Positions 1 through 8,575 of a stretch of DNA of 24,583 nucleotides are shown one piece after another (the stretch's first letter is position 1; every line of letters begins with the position of its first letter). The notes beneath the pieces are model-generated. The model ran no database searches. It saw only the letters and a list, made by a program, of their open reading frames with translations, and had not been told where the DNA came from. The translations under genes were made by a program, and so were the position numbers. Source of the DNA: Thermofilaceae archaeon. GTDB taxonomy: Archaea > Thermoproteota > Thermoprotei > Thermofilales > Thermofilaceae. The stretch is from NCBI GenBank assembly GCA_038727095.1, contig JAVYWK010000027.1, positions 1-24,583 of the forward strand, in the 5' to 3' direction.

Positions 1-880
1 CGGTCAGCTCCGCGATCTTTTGAGCGAACTCCTCTAGCTCCTTCAGGGTGGGCATCGCCGTGATCGGGAGCCTCTTCTGGCTCTCACCGACCCACGTGTA
101 GCCCTTCAACTCGACGAAGCGGGGTTGCGAACGCTCAATCAGCTTCGCGTAGCCCTCCGGCTCAACCATGTTCAACCCCCTGACCATGGTGAGCCGCATG
201 ATCGTCCTGCAGGCGAACTTGGGGAGGAGGTCCAGGCTCTCCAGCACCAGCTCCCACGCTCTAGGCGTCAGCGGTTTCGCGGCCTTCGCGAAGACCTCCG
301 GGTTCGGGCCGTAGACGCTGAGGTACAGGTTGGTTGGCTCAGCACCCCTCCTGAGGAGCTCATCGAGCCTCGAGGGGAGGGAGCCGTTAGTGACGAGGAA
401 AGCGGTCATGCCTCGCGCTTTCACCTCCTTAATCAGCTCCGCCAGCTTGGGGTAGAGGAGCGGTTCACCGTCCAGGCTGATCGCCATGTGCCTCGGGAAC
501 ATCGCCTCGAGGAACCGCTCCATCGTAGTCTGCGGGTTGCCCTTGTAGCCGGCGAGCAGCTTTCTCTGGGCGTGGATCGCCCCCTCAACGATGTCGGCCG
601 GTTCATCCCACTCCCACCCGGCCGGTATCTCGAACCTCCCCTCCAAGTGCGGCCTCCAGCAGAAGACGCACGCGAAGTTGCAGAAGTTGAGGACGGGCGT
701 CATCTGGACGCACCTGTGGCTGCTCACACCGTACCAGCGCTTGTAACACACGTACCCACCTTTCAGCGCGCTCTTCGTCCACCTGCACACCTCCACGGCA
801 GAGTGCCTACCCACGAGTACGTACCCAGCTCTCAAGTACCTCTTCACCGCCTGCACACTAAGCCTCTCTTCCTTCGACAC
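1..880 (-). CDS. taw1: 4-demethylwyosine synthase TYW1/Taw1 (radical SAM), 3' end runs off the window
   Basis: Not in ORF track (no stop in window). Manual translation from GTG at 880: MSKEERLSVQAVKRYLRAGYVLVGRHSAVEVCRWTKSAL..CYKRWYGVSSHRCVQMTPVLNFCNFACVFCWRP (CxxxCxxC) ... FVELKGYTWVGESQKRL. TTTAAG box ~30 nt upstream on the minus strand. Confidence 0.93.
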   Translation of the reverse strand, partial: MSKEERLSVQAVKRYLRAGYVLVGRHSAVEVCRWTKSALKGGYVCYKRWYGVSSHRCVQMTPVLNFCNFACVFCWRPHLEGRFEIPAGWEWDEPADIVEGAIHAQRKLLAGYKGNPQTTMERFLEAMFPRHMAISLDGEPLLYPKLAELIKEVKARGMTAFLVTNGSLPSRLDELLRRGAEPTNLYLSVYGPNPEVFAKAAKPLTPRAWELVLESLDLLPKFACRTIMRLTMVRGLNMVEPEGYAKLIERSQPRFVELKGYTWVGESQKRLPITAMPTLKELEEFAQKIAELT

Positions 881-964
881 TCGAACCCGTTCAAAGACAG
901 CGCCTCTGCTTAAATCCTCTTCGATGCGTGCGGCAAGTTTAAGAGTGAAATCCTTCCAAGTTGC

Positions 965-2494
965 GTGACAGTTATGCTAAAAATAACCGGGAAAGTATTT
1001 TCGGGCATCTACGAGGTTGTAAACGGCGTTTACCGGTTCAAGGCTTACGCTGCGGGAGAATGGGTTGAGGGCAAGGAGTATACACGAGTGAAAACCCCTA
1101 TCAACTCGACAATCATCGCGGAGGTCCCGAAACTCTCCTGGGAGCAGATCGATAGGGCCCTCAGTAGAATGCGTCAAATGGGTAAGTGGCAGATCAGGGA
1201 TATGCCCGGTTGGAGGAGGCTCGAGCTCCTCGAGAAGCTCGCCGACTTGATGGAGCGCTACCGGGAGGATCTAGAGTGGGCTCTCATCGTGAACAGCGGG
1301 AAGACGAGGGGCCAGGCAGCGGGGGAAGTGGACGCCAGCATCGATAGGTTGAGGAGGGCTGATCTCGACGCGAGGAAGATCTTCGGCGAGTACGCGCCGG
1401 GCGACTGGGATCCCACGACTGTGGAAACGGAAGCGGTTGTTAGGAGGGAGCCCTACGGCATCGTGCTCGCCATCGTACCCTTCAACTACCCGCTCTTCGA
1501 CACGGTGTCGAAGTTCACTTACAGCGTGATAGCTGGCAACGCGGTGGTCGTGAAGCCCCCATCAGCCGACCCCGTGCCGGTCATCCTCTTCGCTAAGCTC
1601 GTTGAAGAAGCCGGGTTCCCCCGCGAATCCTTCGCTGTGCTCACCGTGCCGGGCGCGGAGAGCGATAAGCTGGTATCGGACGAGCGGATCGACGTCATCA
1701 GTCTCACCGGCAGCAGCGCGACAGGTAAAAGAGTGCTGGCCGTAGCGGGGATCAAGCAGTACATCATGGAGCTCGGAGGCGGCGATCCAGCCATCGTGCT
1801 CGCGGACGCCGACCTCGACTACGCTGCTGACAGGGTGGCGGCGGGGATCCACAGCTACGCCGGCCAGAGGTGCGACGCAATAAAACTCGTCCTCGTGGAG
1901 AGGCCGGTGTATGAGGAGTTCACCAGGAGGCTTGTGGAAAAGCTCTCCAAGGTGACGGTCGGCGACCCCAGGGACCCCGAGACGGTCATGGGCCCGCTCA
2001 TCGAAGCGAGCGCGGCTGACGAGATGATGGCGGCCGTTGAGGACGCTGTGAGCAAGGGAGGCCGGATCCTCCACGGGGGTAGGAGGTTGGGTCCAACCCT
2101 TGTGGAACCGACGCTGATCGAGGTGAAGGACAAGGCGGCTCTAAGGCAGATGGCGCTCTACAGGGAGGAAGTCTTCGCCCCAGTAGCCCTCATCACGGAC
2201 TTCGAGAGCGAAGATGAAGCGATCGAGCTCGCCAACGGCAGGAGGTACGGGCTCGACGTCGCGATCTTCGGCTGGGACATGGACAGGATCAGGAGGCTCA
2301 TCAGGTTCCTCGAGTTCGGGGCAGTCTACGTGAACGACATGCCGAGGCACGGCGTAGGCTACTACCCCTTCGGAGGCCGCAAGGAATCGGGTATAGGGCG
2401 TGAGGGGATCGCCTACTCAGTAGAGTACGTCAGCGCCTACAAAACCATAGTCTACAACTTCAGGGGTAGAGGAGTCTGGAAGTACGGTAAGTGA
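965..2494 (+). CDS. gapN: Non-phosphorylating NAD(P)-dependent glyceraldehyde-3-phosphate dehydrogenase (ALDH family)
   Basis: PFNYP, TGS, MELGGGDP, catalytic AGQRCDAIK, EVFAP, C-terminal YYPFGGRK..GIGREG...YKTIV.N..G.GVW closely matching Thermoproteus tenax GAPN as recalled. Start may be ATG 974. Confidence 0.92.
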   Translation: MTVMLKITGKVFSGIYEVVNGVYRFKAYAAGEWVEGKEYTRVKTPINSTIIAEVPKLSWEQIDRALSRMRQMGKWQIRDMPGWRRLELLEKLADLMERYREDLEWALIVNSGKTRGQAAGEVDASIDRLRRADLDARKIFGEYAPGDWDPTTVETEAVVRREPYGIVLAIVPFNYPLFDTVSKFTYSVIAGNAVVVKPPSADPVPVILFAKLVEEAGFPRESFAVLTVPGAESDKLVSDERIDVISLTGSSATGKRVLAVAGIKQYIMELGGGDPAIVLADADLDYAADRVAAGIHSYAGQRCDAIKLVLVERPVYEEFTRRLVEKLSKVTVGDPRDPETVMGPLIEASAADEMMAAVEDAVSKGGRILHGGRRLGPTLVEPTLIEVKDKAALRQMALYREEVFAPVALITDFESEDEAIELANGRRYGLDVAIFGWDMDRIRRLIRFLEFGAVYVNDMPRHGVGYYPFGGRKESGIGREGIAYSVEYVSAYKTIVYNFRGRGVWKYGK

Positions 2495-2537
2495 GGAGAA
2501 AAAATAAAGAAAAATAAAAATATTTTTTCCTCTTTTT
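2495..2537. terminator. Bidirectional oligo-T terminator between convergent genes
   Basis: A-tracts followed by T-tracts (gagaaaaaataaagaaaaataaaaatattttttcctctttttt) between the gapN stop and the ferritin-like gene stop. Confidence 0.65.
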
Positions 2538-3014
2538 TTAGCCTCCGGGAGTTCCGTGCCAGGGGCTGTCCTTCCACACCTGCTCCCAGAACTCTTCGTC
2601 CGTGAGAACGCGGAACCTGGCAATCTTATCCTTTATGTCAGTCAACACCTTGTGGTGCTTCACCTCGTCCTCGTATATTGCCGCTAAAAGGAGCTGCATT
2701 CTAGCGTCTCGAGCCTCGTTCAACAGCTTCTTCGATTCCTCGATCATCTTGAGCTCGGTCTGTATGTGCCTATCTATCACGTTGGCTATCAGCTCGAGCT
2801 CCTCACCCGCGAGCCTCGGCTGCGAGGCTCCCGTGGCTATCTTTAGGAGGGCCTCGTAGATGCTCGCGTGCTTGTCGGAATCGCTGGCGACAGCCTCAAT
2901 GATCGCTGAGAGGGGGGCTATCCTTTCAACCGATTTGGCCAGCTCGCGTAGCTCGTTGGCGTAGCTTTTCTCCGCCTCAGCGAGCCTCCTTAAAGTTCGA
3001 ACAAGCTCCTCCAT
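2538..3014 (-). CDS. Ferritin-like (rubrerythrin-fold) four-helix protein
   Basis: Duplicated helix pairs with E...DSxKH and E...ExxH di-metal motifs; aromatic tail WEQVWKDSPWHGTPGG; 3 nt downstream of the encapsulin stop. Confidence 0.75.
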   Translation of the reverse strand: MEELVRTLRRLAEAEKSYANELRELAKSVERIAPLSAIIEAVASDSDKHASIYEALLKIATGASQPRLAGEELELIANVIDRHIQTELKMIEESKKLLNEARDARMQLLLAAIYEDEVKHHKVLTDIKDKIARFRVLTDEEFWEQVWKDSPWHGTPGG

Positions 3015-3017
3015 GTC

Positions 3018-4058
3018 CTACACCTGCTTGAGGATTGCAACCCCATGATCGTACCTTACCCTAACCGCTACCGTCTCCCACACTCTGAAGGTGTGGCTCC
3101 CATCCTCAGGACCCAGATACTCGACCTCAGTATCGGCCCCTACCACCAGGTCGATTGTCCTAGCCGTTGCTGAAGCCAGGATGGCCGTGTCATCCGGCAC
3201 AGCAGGGGTTGCAACAACATCGGTCAGAGCCTTCAGCCTAGTCAGCTCCATCACCCCCGTTCTTTCGTGGACAGCTAGCAGCTTCGCGTAGCGGGTTGGG
3301 CTTACGAAGAGGACGAAGGGCGGGGTAGCGTTGCTCTCCAGGAGCTTCGCAACGGCTGCGGAAACCTCTTCGACAGCTGCACCCGGCTTCGACCAATCGC
3401 TCATAGCGAGCTTGTGCGCGCCCTTCAACTCTTCTAGCGTTTGCAGCACAAGGTGATCCTCACCGAGCCCAAGCTCAACGGCTGCCCTGAGAGCGTCCCC
3501 CAGCTCCAAGGGCTGCCTCGAGGCTCTAGCGTAATCGATGGCGCTCTGGGAAATACGGAACTTCTGCGAGATTTCAGCCAGCTTCAGGAGGGAGACGCCT
3601 TCACCGGGCTTTTCGACGGGGACGTAGAGGGGCCCCCTTCCTACCCTAGTCAGAGGGAGGTGCTTCCTAAACACTCTAACCGAGTCGGCTGCGGAGAGAA
3701 CCTGGCTTCTAAGATACCTCCACTCCTCCTCGGATAGGGGCTCCTGGTTCGCCGGAGGATCCTGTACGGTAACGCCGGTGAGCTCAGCTACCTCCCGTGC
3801 ACCAGCTTTCAGCTCTTCAACCTGCTCAGGATCCAGGGTCTTCAAGACCGCTAGAAACTCGCCGACGTGCGTCTTCTCCTCCCTCGCGATATCCTCGAAA
3901 ACCCGCCTAACGTTCTCGTCGTCGATCGACCTGGCCAGCTGGAGGTAGAGGCTGATCGCGTCGAGCTCAGCGATGATCGATAGGCGGAGAGCATCAGCCA
4001 ACTCCTCCTTCGAGAGTTTCCTCCCAACCGGTAGTTCGAGGGGGTGTTTCGAAAGCAT
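3018..4058 (-). CDS. Family 1 encapsulin shell protein with N-terminal fused ferritin-like domain (Pyrococcus PfV type)
   Basis: N-term LRLSIIAELDAISLY..DIAREEKTHVGEF..LDPEQ..EL..G..EV.ELTG; C-term linocin/HK97 region SPTRYAKLL, DLVVG.D..VEYLGPEDG, ET.AVRV. ATG at 4058 preceded by a GGTGAG SD; 346 aa. Confidence 0.92.
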   Translation of the reverse strand: MLSKHPLELPVGRKLSKEELADALRLSIIAELDAISLYLQLARSIDDENVRRVFEDIAREEKTHVGEFLAVLKTLDPEQVEELKAGAREVAELTGVTVQDPPANQEPLSEEEWRYLRSQVLSAADSVRVFRKHLPLTRVGRGPLYVPVEKPGEGVSLLKLAEISQKFRISQSAIDYARASRQPLELGDALRAAVELGLGEDHLVLQTLEELKGAHKLAMSDWSKPGAAVEEVSAAVAKLLESNATPPFVLFVSPTRYAKLLAVHERTGVMELTRLKALTDVVATPAVPDDTAILASATARTIDLVVGADTEVEYLGPEDGSHTFRVWETVAVRVRYDHGVAILKQV

Positions 4059-4135
4059 ATCCCGCTCACCCAAGTGATTGGTGTCGTGGTATTTAATGCT
4101 TGCTGTAAAAATTCGGAAAATGCATTTGATGTTCT

Positions 4136-5374
4136 CTAATCTATCTTCCAGGAGCTTAAGCTTCTCAACCTTTTGACAGCGTCAGGGATAACTCTAAGGG
4201 CGTACTCAACATCTTCGGGCTTGTGGTAGTGCGAGAGCTTGAATAGGATGCTGCCGTGAGCCTCCTCGTGCCTACGCCCAATCGCTAGTAGCACGTGGCT
4301 CGGCTCCAGCACCCTACTGCTGCACGCGCTGCCGCTTGAAACGTAGATGCCGCGCATGCTCAACTCGACGGTGAGAGCCTCGCCCTCGACGTAGAGGAAG
4401 CTGAGGTTCGCGTTGTTCGGCGCCCTCCTATCCCCCAGGGGCCCGTTCACGAGCACCTGCGGCGTCCTCTCCAGAACCCCGCTGATTAGCCTATCCCTCA
4501 AGCTCCTCACGTAGGAGATCCTTTCCTCGAAGCTGCTGAACGCGGTCTCAACAGCTCTCTTAAAGCCGGCGATCGCGGGGACGTTTTCAACGCCAGGCCA
4601 CAGCTTCTCCGCGCTCAACTGGCCCCGAAGCGGTGGCTCCAGCTTCACCCCCTCCCTCACGTACAGCGCGCCTACGCCGCGGGGACCGTGAATCTTGTGT
4701 CCGCTCAGGGTGGCCATATCCACCCCCAACCCCTCAACGTTGAACGGGATCCAGCCGTAAGCGTCGGCCGCGTCCGTGTGGAAAACAGCTTCGGGGTTAG
4801 CGCTCTTCACCACGTCCACCAGCTCCTTGATGGGCTGAATCGTGCCAATCTCGTGGTTCACCGCTTGCACGCTCACGAGCACCGTATCTCTGTCGACGTA
4901 CAGCTTCATCACCTCGGGATCCACGAAGCCCTCCTTATCGACGGGGACCTGTACCACCTTGTAGCCGAAAAGCTTCGCCGCGTGCTCAGCCGGGAAGATC
5001 ACGCTCAAGTGCTCAACGGCTGAGACAATGACTTTACCCCTCTTCTCTCGGTTCGCCAGCAGGTAGCCGAGGATCGCGAGGTTGTTCGCCTCCGTCCCGC
5101 TGTGGGTGAAGGAGACTGCCTCCAAGTCCCTAACACCCAGGGTTTGGGCGATCAGCTCCTTAGCCTCGTAGACCACTTCCAGCGCTTCCCAACCCGGCTT
5201 GTGGGTGATCGAGGGGTGACCGTAGCCCCTCGCGTTGAAGTAGGGTAGCATCGCCTCTACGACCTCTGGCGGGACCCAGCCGCTGTTCTCCAAGTCGAAG
5301 TAAACCTCCCTCTCTGGCTGCCCGTGCTCCTTCAGCAGCTCCCGAACCTTCGCTGAGAGGCTCAATCTAACCAC
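4136..5374 (-). CDS. iscS: IscS/NifS-like class V PLP protein (cysteine desulfurase family, atypical active site)
   Basis: GTEANN, EH, SGHK (PLP Lys), SSGSACSS (catalytic Cys), PSHVL; in operon with iscU. Confidence 0.88.
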   Translation of the reverse strand: MVRLSLSAKVRELLKEHGQPEREVYFDLENSGWVPPEVVEAMLPYFNARGYGHPSITHKPGWEALEVVYEAKELIAQTLGVRDLEAVSFTHSGTEANNLAILGYLLANREKRGKVIVSAVEHLSVIFPAEHAAKLFGYKVVQVPVDKEGFVDPEVMKLYVDRDTVLVSVQAVNHEIGTIQPIKELVDVVKSANPEAVFHTDAADAYGWIPFNVEGLGVDMATLSGHKIHGPRGVGALYVREGVKLEPPLRGQLSAEKLWPGVENVPAIAGFKRAVETAFSSFEERISYVRSLRDRLISGVLERTPQVLVNGPLGDRRAPNNANLSFLYVEGEALTVELSMRGIYVSSGSACSSRVLEPSHVLLAIGRRHEEAHGSILFKLSHYHKPEDVEYALRVIPDAVKRLRSLSSWKID

Positions 5375-5600
5375 CTCTCCTCGCTACAAGTATGAGCATG
5401 CCGCCCTCCGCTTCGCGGAGCTCTGATAGGGTGTACCCGTGACTGGTGAGGATGAGCTTAACCACCTCGGCGGGCAGGTCGTTGGGGTCGAAGAGGAAGC
5501 CCAGTTCTCTCTCCCCGGCGTACCGCGAAAGGAGCGAGGGAAGCTTAACCGCCGGGTGATCAGTGCACCCAGCACCTCTCCTTAAGTCCAGCAAGATCAT
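5367..5600 (-). CDS. Small TusA/SirA-like sulfur-carrier candidate
   Basis: 77 aa; N-term LDLRRGAGCTDHP resembles LDxRGxxCPxP; overlaps both iscU and iscS, implying translational coupling. Confidence 0.55.
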   Translation of the reverse strand: MILLDLRRGAGCTDHPAVKLPSLLSRYAGERELGFLFDPNDLPAEVVKLILTSHGYTLSELREAEGGMLILVARRGG

Positions 5601-6115
5601 CGCTCATCACCCTCTAGATTCTTTATCGTCTTCTGGTACCGCTCCATCATTTCCTCCTCCTCGAGCGTTTGCTTCTCCTCAACCGTCAGTTGCTCGGGCA
5701 GCCAGCCGGGCTTCACACCTCTTCTCTCGTAGTAGGACCTAATCGCCCTCTTCAAGGCACCCACAGCCAGTATGCTGCAGTGGTACTTTATCGGGGGGAG
5801 CCCACCCAGCTCATCGGAGAGCTGCTTCCAGCTTATCGCCCAAGCCTCCCTCAAGCTCTTCCCCTTAACCATCTCAGTCAGGATGCTGGCCGCTGCGATG
5901 TTAGCGGCGCAACCGTAGCTCTCGAAGGTAGCCCTCTCGATAAAGTCCTCCCCACCCCTCTCCACAATCTTAAGGTACAGGCGGATCATGTCGCCGCACG
6001 CCGGGCTACCAGCGTGCTCGACAACCGTGGCATCTTCAAGCGGCCCAAGATTCCTCGGCTCCCTGAATATCTCCAGCACCTTTGGGCTGTAGGGGAGTGG
6101 GATACGAGTGCTCAC
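5597..6115 (-). CDS. iscU: IscU/NifU-N Fe-S cluster scaffold
   Basis: YSPKVL..F..PRN.G, GSPACGD, FESYGCAA, LPPIKYHCS: all three Cys plus Asp and His; Glu-rich C-terminal extension. Confidence 0.93.
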   Translation of the reverse strand: MSTRIPLPYSPKVLEIFREPRNLGPLEDATVVEHAGSPACGDMIRLYLKIVERGGEDFIERATFESYGCAANIAAASILTEMVKGKSLREAWAISWKQLSDELGGLPPIKYHCSILAVGALKRAIRSYYERRGVKPGWLPEQLTVEEKQTLEEEEMMERYQKTIKNLEGDER

Positions 6116-6198
6116 GCAACCACCATGACTATGTCATAAGAGCGGTTATAAACTTAGCTCACCCCTCGGAGTTATAAAAAAGATGAGTTCTTCGGGGT

Positions 6199-6756
6199 CT
6201 AGAAGCCGGTGTATTTCTCCCGCGGAGCCCCGCAGATCGGGCATTTGTCTGGCGGTTGGTCTCCGACGTACGTGTGCCCGCATATGGTGCAGATCCAGAC
6301 CTTGCCCTCTAGGGGCCAATCCTGACCCTTATCCACGTAGCTCTTCGCTTCACGGTATAGCTGGGCGTGGATCTTCTCAGCCTCCAGCGCCCACCGGAAG
6401 CTGCGCTCAGCCCTGCCCTCCCCCTGGAACCTGGCGAGCTCAACGTAGGCCGGGTACATTTCAGCCACCTCGTACTCCTCCCCTCGAATGGCCAGCTCCA
6501 GGTTCTTCGACGTGCTGCCCGGGCCCGCTGGAGTGCCGGCTACAGCCTTGAACTCACCGTTGTACTCGCTCAAGTTGTTGTAGTGGTTGCGAGCGTGAAC
6601 GAACTCCGCGTACGCGATAGCCCTGAACAGCCTGGCGACGTTGGGGAACTTCTCCCTCTCCGCGACGTCCGCGAATACGAGATACCTCATGTGCGCCATT
6701 GATTCGCCCGAGAACGCGCTGAGGAGAGCATCAAGCGTCATCGGTCGTACGGGCAT
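6199..6756 (-). CDS. rbr: Rubrerythrin
   Basis: AFSGES.A..RY, AE..HA.NH, GE.YE..MYP, EK.H, C-terminal rubredoxin knuckles CTICG...CPICG. Confidence 0.95.
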   Translation of the reverse strand: MPVRPMTLDALLSAFSGESMAHMRYLVFADVAEREKFPNVARLFRAIAYAEFVHARNHYNNLSEYNGEFKAVAGTPAGPGSTSKNLELAIRGEEYEVAEMYPAYVELARFQGEGRAERSFRWALEAEKIHAQLYREAKSYVDKGQDWPLEGKVWICTICGHTYVGDQPPDKCPICGAPREKYTGF

Positions 6757-6759
6757 CAA

Positions 6760-6968
6760 TAGACCCTTTACACCACTGGTATAAAAATCTCTTTATTCTA
6801 TTATAAAAACATATCAAAAATAAATTTTACCAAATTATTAATGAATAAAAATTTTTGTATTGGAGTGGTAAATAAAGATGCACCAGGGTAAAGTTAATTT
6901 TTGCACTTAAAAATCAATGAAGACTTATGTAGAAAGCACTTATATCGCTGGTTCTCGAGCTTCATCCG
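6760..6968. promoter_or_regulatory. Very AT-rich divergent promoter region (rbr / arsC)
   Basis: Strongly AT-rich relative to flanks; TTTTATA on the minus strand ~25 nt before rbr and CTTATAT ~25 nt before arsC. Confidence 0.6.
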
Positions 6969-7421
6969 ATGTCGGGGGAGAAGCTGGTACTCTTCGTCTG
7001 CACCGAGAACCGGTTTAGGAGCCAGATCGCGGAGGCCTACTTCAACGCTCACGCCCCTCCAGGCTGGAGGGCCATTAGCGCTGGAACGCAGCCAGCCCCC
7101 TCGGTGCACCCCAACGCGGTTGAACTGATGCTCGAGGAAGGGATCGATATATCCACGAAGAAGCCGAAGCTCCTGACACCGGACCTTGAGGCTGCCGCTG
7201 AAATCGGGGTTGTCGTGTGCGGCGGGTCAGAGGGAGGTACCTGCCCAGTTGTTAAGGCGAAGTACGTTGAGCAGTGGGAGATTCCGGATCCGGCGCGCAT
7301 GAGCCTCGAGGAGGCGAGGCGTTGGAGGGATGAGATCAAGCGGAGGGTTCTCGACCTGGTGGAAAGGATACAGAGGGGGGAGGTTCCCCCAAGGGGTAGA
7401 GCTCTAAGCTTAAGGTTCTGA
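6969..7421 (+). CDS. arsC: LMW-PTP-fold arsenate reductase (thioredoxin-coupled type)
   Basis: P-loop LFVCTENRFRSQIAE (CX5R), SAG, second Cys pair VCGG...TCP, W.IPDP. Confidence 0.82.
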   Translation: MSGEKLVLFVCTENRFRSQIAEAYFNAHAPPGWRAISAGTQPAPSVHPNAVELMLEEGIDISTKKPKLLTPDLEAAAEIGVVVCGGSEGGTCPVVKAKYVEQWEIPDPARMSLEEARRWRDEIKRRVLDLVERIQRGEVPPRGRALSLRF

Positions 7422-7507
7422 AGGCTTACGTTAGCTTGAGCTGCTTAGTTTGAAGGAGCTTTGAAAGTAATTCTTATAATTGGGTTGATGTAAGCCACTT
7501 GACCGGC

Positions 7508-7738
7508 ATGGCGAAGGTTAGAGTGGATAAGAGCCTGTGCATCGGTTGCGGCGCGTGCTGGGCTATCGCCCCGCAGATCTTCGAGGAGGACCCTGAGACC
7601 TTCAAGAGCAGGATCAGGGAGCCCTACAGGAAGAGCGACAGCGAGTCCGAGTCGATCGGAGAGATCCCCGCGGAGCTCACCAACGACGCGAAGACAGCCG
7701 CCGAGGGTTGCCCGACCGGCGCGATCACCATAGAGTAA
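7508..7738 (+). CDS. fdx: Single-cluster [4Fe-4S] ferredoxin
   Basis: CIGCGAC ... CPTGAI; no second cluster motif; own TTATAA promoter and T-rich terminator at ~7757-7771. Confidence 0.9.
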   Translation: MAKVRVDKSLCIGCGACWAIAPQIFEEDPETFKSRIREPYRKSDSESESIGEIPAELTNDAKTAAEGCPTGAITIE

Positions 7739-7856
7739 AAGAAACCAAAAACGGATTTTGTTTTATCTTTCTAGATCGGTTATGTAAGCATCTACCTGCT
7801 GATCGATCACCCTCGTGGTTGCAGAACTTTCATAAGGGATTAACCGATGCTCCGCT

Positions 7857-8516
7857 GTGCTTTGCGCCTCCATTAGGGATCTAGCGGAACGCTATGGGCT
7901 TGTGGTCGTTGAGAAGCCGGGGCGCTTTCGAGAGGAAAGGAACTTCGAGTTGTGGTTGTCCGGGAGCCGTCTTCTCGTGGCGAAGTGCTTCAACGGTAGG
8001 CCTCCCTACTACGCGAGGTGGATCGAGGTTTTCGCCGTCAATAACCATATCGAGACGGGGGAGGGTACCTTCGTTTTCGCGGGCTCAGCCTTAGAGCGCG
8101 AGCTCCTGGAGGCCCTCGCGGGCGAGCTCAAGGGTGGGGAGCTCATGTACATCGAGTACGGCTACGATAAGGAGACGGAGCGCTTGCTGCGCCTCGGCCT
8201 CCCTCCTCACGTGACGAGGTTGGGCTTCCTCCTTCTTCGCAACGGCTTCACGGTTCTGAAGGACTTCTACATCCCCGAGGGCTTCATGGAGGGTGAAGCG
8301 AAGCTGCAGGGGGAGAAACCGGCCAGCGCGGACGATGAGCGGCGGCACCTGGCCAGGATCGTTGAGGAGGTAGAGCGCGCACTCCCCAGCTTGAAGCGTT
8401 GGGCCGGCGAACAGGAGTACAGGTCGTGGATGCTGAGAGCCCTGGAGAGGGCGGAAGCTATACTTCAGGGTCTTGAACCTAAACTTTCATTTACGCGAGG
8501 TTCAGGGAAACTGTGA
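7857..8516 (+). CDS. DUF1122 family protein
   Basis: GRF.EE, F.GRPPYY..W.E, YIEY..D.ET, TRLG, GFT..KDFY.PEG..EG..KLQGEKP motifs. Confidence 0.8.
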   Translation: MLCASIRDLAERYGLVVVEKPGRFREERNFELWLSGSRLLVAKCFNGRPPYYARWIEVFAVNNHIETGEGTFVFAGSALERELLEALAGELKGGELMYIEYGYDKETERLLRLGLPPHVTRLGFLLLRNGFTVLKDFYIPEGFMEGEAKLQGEKPASADDERRHLARIVEEVERALPSLKRWAGEQEYRSWMLRALERAEAILQGLEPKLSFTRGSGKL

Positions 8517-8575
8517 GTAGGAATACTGTACACTCGTGAAGGAAGCTTTATAACACTGTCATTTTCCTCTTCCCT

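Noticed and set aside
125-913. 262-aa + strand ORF
   Set aside because: Antisense shadow of taw1. Most other short overlapping ORFs in the track are likewise GC-rich shadows.
5367-5378. C-terminal GG of the TusA-like protein as a ubiquitin-like motif
   Set aside because: Explained by overlap with the iscS SD and GTG start, and the sequence does not look like a beta-grasp fold.
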